Source: a virus
Taxonomy: Duplodnaviria; Heunggongvirae; Uroviricota; Caudoviricetes
Virus record (IMG/VR): IMGVR_UViG_3300017747_005082
Coordinates: 9,618 to 73,617 of that record
Length of the DNA stretch: 64,000 bases
Strand: one strand, 5' to 3'
Shown: piece by piece, positions 33,586 through 41,427 of the stretch
How positions within the stretch are numbered: position 1 is the stretch's first letter
Layout: every line of letters begins with the position of its first letter
Position numbers and translations under genes: made by a program
Notes under the pieces: generated by a model
Databases searched by the model: none
Seen by the model: the letters and a program-made list of their open reading frames with translations, nothing else
Told to the model about the DNA's origin: nothing

Positions 33586-34253
33586 TATTTTTTATTTTTA
33601 TAAATTTCTTCTTTTAAATATTGTTGCTCAAATTCTATACGAGCAGCCATCATATCAGCTTGGTGAAGGATATAAGGTAGTGCTGTTCTTGGTTTAGCTT
33701 CAGGCATAAATGATTTTAAATAAGCTTCATTTGCCTGATCATATAATCCATCATGAGTTTTAATAGCTATATATTCATTTTGAGAAACTGATATTTCATG
33801 TTGTTGTAATAAAAATAATGATCTATCAGGAATAGACATAAATGATAATTTAGTATTATGACTATATAATTCTCCTAAATTTGTTTTTCTCCATTCATCT
33901 GCTGATGGTAAATAAGCATCATTGAATATATCTCCCATTTTACCTAAATCATGATTTATAGCTGAAAATACTAATTCCTCTAATGTATAAGTAGAAGTAT
34001 CGGTACCCATTTTTTCCCATAATTTATTTAAATAAAGAGCTCCTTCAATTACTTTATTTACATGATAAATGTATCCTCCAGGAAAACAACTATGAAATTT
34101 AGTCATATTAGAAGCAGGCATTAGAGCCACTCTACTTTCATATTTTCTATAGAAATCTTTAAGTTGATTTTTTCTATTTCCCTGAATATATGTATCTATA
34201 AAACCATTAAAACGATCCCAATTATCTTTAATTTCTTGTGGTGTTAAAGTCAT
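33585..34253 (-). CDS. HD-domain phosphohydrolase (YhaM-like)
   Basis: H...GG...H, HDLGK, HDG, HQAD. Confidence 0.75.
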   Translation of the reverse strand: MTLTPQEIKDNWDRFNGFIDTYIQGNRKNQLKDFYRKYESRVALMPASNMTKFHSCFPGGYIYHVNKVIEGALYLNKLWEKMGTDTSTYTLEELVFSAINHDLGKMGDIFNDAYLPSADEWRKTNLGELYSHNTKLSFMSIPDRSLFLLQQHEISVSQNEYIAIKTHDGLYDQANEAYLKSFMPEAKPRTALPYILHQADMMAARIEFEQQYLKEEIYKNKK

Positions 34254-34418
34254 TATTGTTGGTCTGAATTTGTGTTTATTAATGTTTGGACTTCTTCAAG
34301 AATCTCTTCTAATAGAATTGTTTTTTCTCTATATTCCTTCATTTCACCACGTTCTGCGTGGAACCTTAGTTGTTTTAATCCGTTTGATATACTGATAATT
34401 TTATCAGTAATTAATTGC

Positions 34419-34739
34419 TTATAACGCATAAATTTCTTTTAATTTATTAATAATTTGATCTATTGTCTCGAATATAAAAAGTCCTTCTCGCTCATCCAAA
34501 TCTGTTTTAGAAACAAAAAATAAATCGTAATTAAATTTATTATTTATTTTTAATATTGGATACGATTCAGTTTTAAATAATTTCTCTAGTTTTTCACCTT
34601 GTGAAATATTAAAACCATTATCTATTACTATTTCAGTATATGATAAGTTTAATTCTTTTAATTTTCCCTTTAATACTTTACAATATATACATTCTTTTAA
34701 TGTATAAAGAATGATTATAGAATTATCTCTTATTTCCAT
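34419..34739 (-). CDS. glutaredoxin-like protein
   Basis: YTLKECIYC (CxxC) and SYP cis-Pro. Confidence 0.7.
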   Translation of the reverse strand: MEIRDNSIIILYTLKECIYCKVLKGKLKELNLSYTEIVIDNGFNISQGEKLEKLFKTESYPILKINNKFNYDLFFVSKTDLDEREGLFIFETIDQIINKLKEIYAL

Positions 34740-34923
34740 TATATTTTTTATTTATACCTTTTTATTTATTTCTAATCCCTTCTATCATCTTCATTTCATA
34801 TATTTTATTAAAATTATGATTAACTTATTTTATAAATTATAAAGAGAATCTACGAAAAATTATTTTAATAAGCCACATAAATTTTATTTAGTAATAATTT
34901 AGTAATATTAAAATGACTAGAGT

Positions 34924-36693
34924 TTATTTTAAAATAGAGATAATCATTTCATTAGTATCATTTATTTGTGATTTAAAATCATTATTTTTAACTTGTAATG
35001 TTTGTTTAACTGCCCCTTTATATATATTATCTATAGGATCGTATCCTTTATTCTTTTTACAAAAATTTTCAAAATGATAATTGTTTATTTCTATTTCTGA
35101 TTTAATAATTTCTCTATATTTTTCTAATATAAAAACACTTATCTCTTTTTCTAAATCTTCTGCCTCTTTCTTACCCAGATATTTACTAATTTTCATAAAT
35201 ATATCTTCCCGGTCACATAATTTTATCATTATATAAATTTTAAATTAATTGATTTAAACATATAAATTTTTTTAAACATATTATATCGTGAGATCTAAAA
35301 GATATTGTTTTAAATCGCTTAAAATCGCGCAATTTTTAGTATTTTTTTGTGTAGAATAATATACTAAACTATCTTCTATAAAAATTAAAATAAAATCAAT
35401 AGTTTCTTTATCTTCTTTAGTAATTAAACCTGATTCTTTCATTTCTAGAATAGAAGAAAGAGAATTATCCATAAATTCTCCTAATACAGGATTTAAATAA
35501 TCATTAATTATTTCATTTTCATCTTTATTTTTCATCTTGTTGTATAATTAATTGTGCATAATTTTTCCAATGACCAGCTTTTGCATTTGGATCTCGGTTT
35601 ATCTCAACTTCATGTGATTCTTTTCTTTTTACTTCTTGGATTATAAAGACCTCAACGGGTTCAATATCTCCAAAATGTTTATAAAAATATCTAATTACCA
35701 TAAATCTTCTGAATAAAGTGTTTCTTTTAATTCCTCAGTCTGACCTGAGTCAAATGCTATTTTAGCTCCTTCTTTTCTATCAACAAATCGATTCTTGTTT
35801 GTTAAAAATCCTTGGGATACTTCTCCTAATTTACGACTTGGCAGACCTGATATTGCAACAGCCTGATAAATACAGTTAGCGTGTCTCCATCCACTAAAAA
35901 CAATTCCTCTATCAACATTATAAGGAGAAAAACCTCTCATTCGTAAAATATGTGCATGTTCCTCGTCTAAAGGGAAGTTGTCATACCAGACTGCTGAACA
36001 TAAAATATATTCTTTCATACTTTATCCATTAATGTTTTTGACCAATTTATATTTAATGAAATACTATTTCTTCTAGAAAGTTCCATTTCATTTGATATTA
36101 ATTCCTTTAATGCTTTTTTACATTCCTTTAATTTAGCATAATTGAATTTACAATAAAAATTATCAGGGGCTCTTTTCATTTCTAAAAAATCTAATAAACA
36201 ATAAACAGGATATTTATTTGCTGATTCAAAAGATTTATAACCTTCGTCTTTAATTAATTTTTCATCTTCAATTCTATCTAATGGTCTTGTACATACTGCA
36301 TATCTATCTGATATAGCTTTTATCATGTATGGAAGGTTTTCTTCCATAAAATAAATTTCCATATTTTCTTTTAAATTTTCTTTCATATTTAATTTAATAT
36401 TGTGTTAATTTAGTAAATTCATCATATCTTTGCCAAGTATTATCATTGTAAACAAAACCATGACCTGATATAATAGGTCTTTGAGTATATAAAAATTTAT
36501 TTTTAGTCCATTTATTTTTTCTTGCTTGAAATTTTATTTTCTCTCCAGTAGAGTTTCCATATCTGTCTGTTATTATAATAAAATCTTCATAATATTCCCA
36601 ATTTCCTATATTAAATAATTCCAAAATATCAGAAAATAAAATAAGTATAATTTTTAAAACATGAATTAAAGGTTGTAATGTAAAATTTTTCAT
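34924..36693 (-). other. run of small hypothetical CDS (34924-35229, 35281-35535, 35695-36018, 36015-36386, 36394-36693)
   Basis: ORF track, contiguous minus-strand packing. Confidence 0.55.
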
Positions 36694-36760
36694 ATTTTTT
36701 AATTTAATAATATAATAATTAATGTTATTGAATTTCTTATTTCCATTTTTTATATTAAAA

Positions 36761-36781
36761 AAGGCCTCAAAATGAGGCCTT
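36761..36781 (-). terminator. GGCC-type terminator hairpin after TROVE gene
   Basis: aaggcctca/tgaggcctt plus T-run. Confidence 0.65.
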
Positions 36782-36785
36782 ATTA

Positions 36786-38396
36786 TTAAATTACTATTGC
36801 TTCAATTTCATCAATTAACGCTTTATATCCTTTACAATTAGATTGAATTAAATCAAATATCTTATCTGACCAACCAGCAATTTGTAAAACATTTAATGAT
36901 TTATCAAATACTGAAGTTCCCTTTGTTTGTTTAATATCAACACATATAGTATTACATTGTGGATTTACTTGTTTGAATTTTTTAAATAATATTTGAAATG
37001 ATCCTAAACCAGCATTTGAAGTATTATCCCATCCTCCAATTCCTCCAGAACTAATAACCATATCTGAAAATATAACTAAATTATCAACTTTTGTGTTATT
37101 TTTAATAACATCGTTTAAGAAATAATATAATCCATTTTCTGTATTGGCTCCACATTCTTTTCCTTTTTCAAATGAACGTTTATTAAAATCTAATAAACCT
37201 AATTTTCTATCCATATTAATTGAAATTAATTCATTTCCAAATAATCCCATATAAACATCTCTTTGGGAATATGCTAACATAGAACCAAATAAATTCCCAA
37301 TCATAGCAGTTGTTGTTTTAGAAAAAGCGGATATTTTAGAACTACCTCCTGCATCTCCTCTTACGGAACCTGAATGATCTACTAATATGGCAGTATTACC
37401 TTCTAATGCTGGAATATTATCTACAGAATATTCTAATGCTTTTTCTAATGCTTTTAATACTTTTTCTATAAGTACTTTAGGTTTCATATCTGATTCAAAA
37501 GCTATTTTAGAAGATGAAGTAGTTGGGTTTATATCTTCTACTTCTTTATATGCTGATACAAATCTAAAAGGTAATAATTTAGATTTTAACACTTTATCTC
37601 TATTAGTTAATTGACTAATAGCGTCATCTACTTTATCAGGAGCTAATAGAATAATATTTCTTAAATTTCTTACCAAATTCATCATTGGCATTCCTTTTAC
37701 ATTATCTAATACAGTAGTAATAGCTTCTTCTTTAAGAGTTTCAACTTTAACTCCTGTAGATTTAGCAATTTGACCTGCTTTAGACATTTCTTTTTCAAGA
37801 ATTTTAGTATTATATAATCCATCTAAAGATTCTCCTTTTATTAAACGTTTATACGCTTCTTCATTAATTTGAGAAGGTACTGGATGTGTTAAATTAACTA
37901 AATCTACTAATGAAATTCCTTTTTTAGCCATTTTATACTTATCTATTAAATAAGGATCCATTGACTCTAATTTAGATTTAAATCCTCTCTTCATAGCACT
38001 TGCTATTTTTGTATTTCCTTTTGAGAAATAATAAGCTAGAATTTCTGACATATCATCAGGTCTAGAAGCAATTTTTCTATAAAATCTTGAAGCATATTCT
38101 TTTCCTGATAATCTTGGAGCTAATTCTCCCGAAAGTAAATGAGTTACTGATCTCATATTAGCATCATTTCTTAGATATAAAGCTAATTTTGCTACAAATT
38201 GTTCATCAACAACAGAAGCAGCTTTATTTATTCTATCAACTACTTCTTTTTCTTTTTCATAATATGAATTTGAAAGAAATGTAGTCAAACAAGTTGATAC
38301 TAATTCTTCTTTAGCGCTTAATTGATACGCTTTTTCTCCCATTTTATTTACTGTAGTTGGAACTACTGGTTCTTTTGTTTTGTTAAATTTCGACAT
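36786..38396 (-). CDS. rsr: Ro60/Rsr TROVE-domain RNA-binding protein with C-terminal vWA domain
   Basis: FVAKLALYLR....MRS, KYK......SLVDLVNLTHP, LLPFRF..AY, LVDHSGS MIDAS, VIFSD. Confidence 0.9.
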   Translation of the reverse strand: MSKFNKTKEPVVPTTVNKMGEKAYQLSAKEELVSTCLTTFLSNSYYEKEKEVVDRINKAASVVDEQFVAKLALYLRNDANMRSVTHLLSGELAPRLSGKEYASRFYRKIASRPDDMSEILAYYFSKGNTKIASAMKRGFKSKLESMDPYLIDKYKMAKKGISLVDLVNLTHPVPSQINEEAYKRLIKGESLDGLYNTKILEKEMSKAGQIAKSTGVKVETLKEEAITTVLDNVKGMPMMNLVRNLRNIILLAPDKVDDAISQLTNRDKVLKSKLLPFRFVSAYKEVEDINPTTSSSKIAFESDMKPKVLIEKVLKALEKALEYSVDNIPALEGNTAILVDHSGSVRGDAGGSSKISAFSKTTTAMIGNLFGSMLAYSQRDVYMGLFGNELISINMDRKLGLLDFNKRSFEKGKECGANTENGLYYFLNDVIKNNTKVDNLVIFSDMVISSGGIGGWDNTSNAGLGSFQILFKKFKQVNPQCNTICVDIKQTKGTSVFDKSLNVLQIAGWSDKIFDLIQSNCKGYKALIDEIEAIVI

Positions 38397-38961
38397 GACT
38401 TAAAATTTTAATATTTAATATTTGTTCTAAATATTCAAACATAGGTTTGAATTCTTCTCTATATAATTCTTTTTTAATAATAGGATATTCTTCTTGGTAT
38501 TTATTATACATGGTTGAATTAGTAAGTAAACCATAAGAAGTATTTGCAATTATATCACATAATTTAACAAATAATCCTAAACGACATTCTTTTAAACCCA
38601 TAATATATTCAATTCCATGTCTTTCTTTTCTATTTTTACCTTTTAATTCAGTACAAGAATAAATAACTTCTGCAACTTCTTTAGAAATATTAATTTTATT
38701 AGATCCATTTGGATAATGTTCTTCAAAATATATAGAATATTGAAGTATATCATTATATGTTATTCTGGCATCTTCAATCAAATCATGCCCCCAAGCTCCA
38801 TTTAATGCTATACATAAATCTTTTGGATTTAATATAAATTGAAATTTTTCTACTTGTTTTGCTACTAGATTTAAATGAAATGAATATGGTAAATTTTTAT
38901 CATATTTTTGATTACAATTAATATCATGTTGTTGTTTACAAAATTCTATAAATTTACTCAT
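38383..38961 (-). CDS. RelA/SpoT-type HD hydrolase (small alarmone hydrolase/Mesh1-like)
   Basis: QKY...PYSFHL..V, AWGHDLIED, VKLCDIIAN. Confidence 0.7.
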   Translation of the reverse strand: MSKFIEFCKQQHDINCNQKYDKNLPYSFHLNLVAKQVEKFQFILNPKDLCIALNGAWGHDLIEDARITYNDILQYSIYFEEHYPNGSNKINISKEVAEVIYSCTELKGKNRKERHGIEYIMGLKECRLGLFVKLCDIIANTSYGLLTNSTMYNKYQEEYPIIKKELYREEFKPMFEYLEQILNIKILSHVEI

Positions 38962-39128
38962 AATCTCTATTTTTTAAATTAATATTATTATTTTCTTTTC
39001 TTTGAGATGGAGTAAAAAACATTGCTCGTTTAGGTCCTTTATCTATTTTATTTTTTAGAATAGATCCTACTCCATAACTATTTTTTAATTTTTTCTTTTT
39101 ATTTTGACTAGCCATAATTTTTAAAAAT

Positions 39129-39163
39129 AAAAAGGGTTAAAGTTGCTTAGCATCCTTAACCCT
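39129..39163 (-). terminator. terminator-like hairpin between the Y-like RNAs and the HD-TROVE genes
   Basis: agggttaa/ttaaccct stem followed by TTTTTATTTTT on minus strand. Confidence 0.5.
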
Positions 39164-39171
39164 GTTAATTT

Positions 39172-39310
39172 TAGTAGAGAAATCTAGTAGAGTGTTAATC
39201 TAAATGATTGTTTAAGAGACAATTGCCTTACCACTTGGCTAATTTTCCATGCAGAAAATATAGGATTCGAACCTATGAAAACGAAGTAACTCTAGCTATT
39301 ACAACTACTA
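39172..39310 (-). ncRNA. Y-RNA-like element with circularly permuted tRNA-like domain (YrlA-like)
   Basis: Outer TAGTAG/CTACTA stem, bulged-C helix, TACTTCG, then T-arm, loop-closed acceptor, D-arm, anticodon-like arm. Confidence 0.7.
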
Positions 39311-39319
39311 ATATAATTA

Positions 39320-39406
39320 ACAAGGGAATTATTGAACTGAGAATTTGGTTGAAGATTAATTTTAGAATAATTATGTTCGAAGTATCTCAAATTTCTTACC
39401 ACTTGT
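39320..39406 (-). ncRNA. minimal Y-RNA-like element
   Basis: ACAAG/CTTGT stem, TGGTAA, GAA(A)TTTG/CAAATTC stem, TACTTCG. Confidence 0.55.
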
Positions 39407-39415
39407 ATATGCGAT

Positions 39416-39550
39416 TAAGTAAGGGAAAGTTTAGAAAAGGTTGTTATAGTTTTTTGTGGGAGTTGAACCCACGACCTTAAATTCCAAATATTTACGCTCA
39501 ACCAACTGAGCTTAAAAAACGAAGTAACTTTTCTAGTTACCACTTACTTA
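39416..39550 (-). ncRNA. Y-RNA-like element enclosing a complete tRNA-like cloverleaf (TTG loop) at 39448-39520
   Basis: TAAGTAAG/CTTACTTA, TGGTAA, TAGAAAAG/CTTTTCTA, TACTTCG, then GTTTTTT/AAAAAAC acceptor with D, anticodon and T arms. Confidence 0.7.
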
Positions 39551-39564
39551 TATTTATCAATGAA

Positions 39565-39610
39565 CTTATTATATTGTGAATATATGAATTAAAAATTTAT
39601 AATCCAAATA
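39565..39610 (-). promoter_or_regulatory. Bacteroidota-type promoter driving the Y-like RNA cluster
   Basis: TTGGATT...TTCATATATTCACAATATA, matches the repeated promoter motif. Confidence 0.6.
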
Positions 39611-39652
39611 TATTTTAAGTAATTTTTATATTATTTATATAAAAATAATTTG

Positions 39653-39726
39653 TGGCCAAGAAAGGTAACGATCCTTCTATCTTCTGATTATGAGTCAGTT
39701 GCTTTTACCATCTAAGCTACATGGCC
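39653..39726 (-). tRNA. tRNA-Met/Ile2 (CAT)
   Basis: Cloverleaf, loop CTCATAA, atypical T-loop ATCGTTA. Confidence 0.75.
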
Positions 39727-39909
39727 AATTTTGTGGAGAATAGGTACTCACCCCACTATACTTTCCCATACCTAATAACTTAAGATACTAAAGCTTTAAA
39801 TTTTAATACACTTTATAGCCCTGTAGTTTTCGCTGTTCTCGAAACCGTATCTACTTAGGAGACTTCTGCTATAAAATTCACATAAAACTGATGTTAAGTA
39901 TTAAAAATA

Positions 39910-40176
39910 TTATTCTGTGTATTCTAAGATATATTTATCAATTAATGATTGAGATATTTCTTTTTTAACACATTTTTGTCTTTCTTTACCTTTCAAAACA
40001 GCGTAAGCTTCATATAAATGTCTTAATTTTTCTCTATTACTAAAAACATTATAAGTGGCTTGATCTGCTTCTACTGTTCTTATACCGGTAAAATGAATTG
40101 TTTTTCTTTGTGGTTTTAAAACTACTTGTTGATCAACTAATTGTTTAATATCTGTTCTAATTTTTGTATATTTCAT
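39910..40176 (-). CDS. hypothetical basic protein, translationally coupled (ATGA) to the Pth2-like gene
   Basis: Its ATG overlaps the TGA of 40173-40514. Confidence 0.65.
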   Translation of the reverse strand: MKYTKIRTDIKQLVDQQVVLKPQRKTIHFTGIRTVEADQATYNVFSNREKLRHLYEAYAVLKGKERQKCVKKEISQSLIDKYILEYTE

Positions 40177-40514
40177 GATAATGTTAATTTTAATTTTTTA
40201 AATAATTGTTTGTGTAATTCTGATGGAAGTGATTCAATAGCAATAGCTGTTAATTGATTACCTATATCAGGTTCTAAAAACACACTATATTTAATTTTAA
40301 GTTCATCTAATTTTGATCTTAAGATCTCAATTTTGAACTCTGATTCTTCCAAACAGCATAAATAATTACTTTTAAATTGCCATTCTTTAAATTCATGATA
40401 ATACTTTACAGCAAAATCAGCTAACGCATGAGCGGATTGTACTACCTTATAACCAGGTGTTAAATCCTTTCTTGTAACAATAGTGATAAAATCACCTTCT
40501 TTAATCTACTTCAT
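40173..40514 (-). CDS. peptidyl-tRNA hydrolase 2 (Pth2)-like protein with in-frame TAG at codon 3
   Basis: Hand translation MK*IKEGDFITIVTRKDLTPGYKVVQSAHALADF...FLEPDIGNQLTAIAI...; 114 codons, TAG at 40506-40508; absent from the ORF track. Confidence 0.8.
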
Positions 40515-40537
40515 AATAAAAATTATTTAATTAGTAG

Positions 40538-40611
40538 TGATTTTAATGGGACTCGAACCCATAACCTTCAGTTTTAGAGACTGCTGCTCTTACCAATTGA
40601 GCTATAAAACC
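40538..40611 (-). tRNA. amber suppressor tRNA (anticodon CTA)
   Basis: Cloverleaf GGTTTTA/TAAAATC, D-arm GCTC/GAGC, loop CTCTAAA, T-arm ATGGG-TTCGAGT-CCCAT. Confidence 0.9.
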
Positions 40612-40831
40612 AATTTTCATTACATGAGATTACTGTAACTAGATTTTAACTGTTTTTTTTCTTAAAAATTCAACAATTAGTGTCTTACCACATGAACTAA
40701 AATCAACCTTTCCGTGGAGGAGTAGGTAGTTCTCCTTTTATCCAATCGGCCCCTTCTGTAAAATCGTAGACGGAACAACTATAACTTTGTTAATGTAAGT
40801 TACAAAACATCAAGTATCTCTTACTTATTCG

Positions 40832-40901
40832 TAGCGGTCGCAGGAATCGAACCTGACCTTAGGGTTATGAGCCCTTCGTGCTACCCTTACACTACCCCGC
40901 G
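40832..40901 (-). tRNA. initiator-like tRNA-Met (CAT), atypical
   Basis: CGCGGGG start, GGG/CCC anticodon stem, mismatch at 1:72; shortened variable/T region. Confidence 0.7.
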
Positions 40902-41036
40902 ATATATTTTTATTATTAAACGGTGACAGCTCTTCATGTTTTTTGAACATTATGTCAATAATATGTAATATAAATCCGCTGTACCTAAAGAGTCTCGTAT
41001 CTCTCATTGATAGCCGCCTCCGTTTAATAATTTTTG

Positions 41037-41110
41037 CCGTCCTTATGGGACTCGAACCCATGATCTCCTACGTGACAGGCAGGCATCCACTCCAACTGGA
41101 CCGAAAGACG
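41037..41110 (-). tRNA. tRNA-Asp (GTC)
   Basis: Cloverleaf, loop CTGTCAC, G73. Confidence 0.9.
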
Positions 41111-41202
41111 AAGCTTGGTGTTTTATATTAGTTTCCATTTTTTTAATATAAAAAATCGACCACCGCCTCAAACACCATGAGGGATAAATGCTTTAAAAAT
41201 TG

Positions 41203-41275
41203 TGGATACGCAGGGATTCGAACCCTATCTTCCTAATTGCAAATCAGGAGCATTTGCCATTTATGCTAGCGACCC
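41203..41275 (-). tRNA. tRNA-Ala (TGC)
   Basis: Loop TTTGCAA, G3:U70, imperfect lower acceptor stem. Confidence 0.8.
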
Positions 41276-41279
41276 ATTG

Positions 41280-41352
41280 TAAGAGAGAATACTAAGAAGA
41301 GTTTATTGTTAAAATCCATTTATCGAAGTAACTCTATCTTTTACTACTCTTA
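41280..41352 (-). ncRNA. minimal Y-RNA-like element
   Basis: TAAGAG/CTCTTA stem, TAGTAA, GA(T)AGAGTT/AACTCTTC bulged helix, TACTTCG. Confidence 0.6.
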
Positions 41353-41353
41353 G

Positions 41354-41427
41354 TAACGCATATGGGATTCGAACCCACGATCTTATCATAGAAAGTGATA
41401 CGTGTTAGCCAACTACACTAATGCGTC
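41354..41427 (-). tRNA. tRNA-Glu (TTC)
   Basis: Cloverleaf, loop CTTTCTA. Confidence 0.85.

Noticed and set aside
39812-39875. c-di-GMP-I riboswitch (GCGAAAACTACAGGG)
   Set aside because: The P1 GNRA-tetraloop/GCAAA architecture is missing, and the element precedes a tRNA, not a gene.
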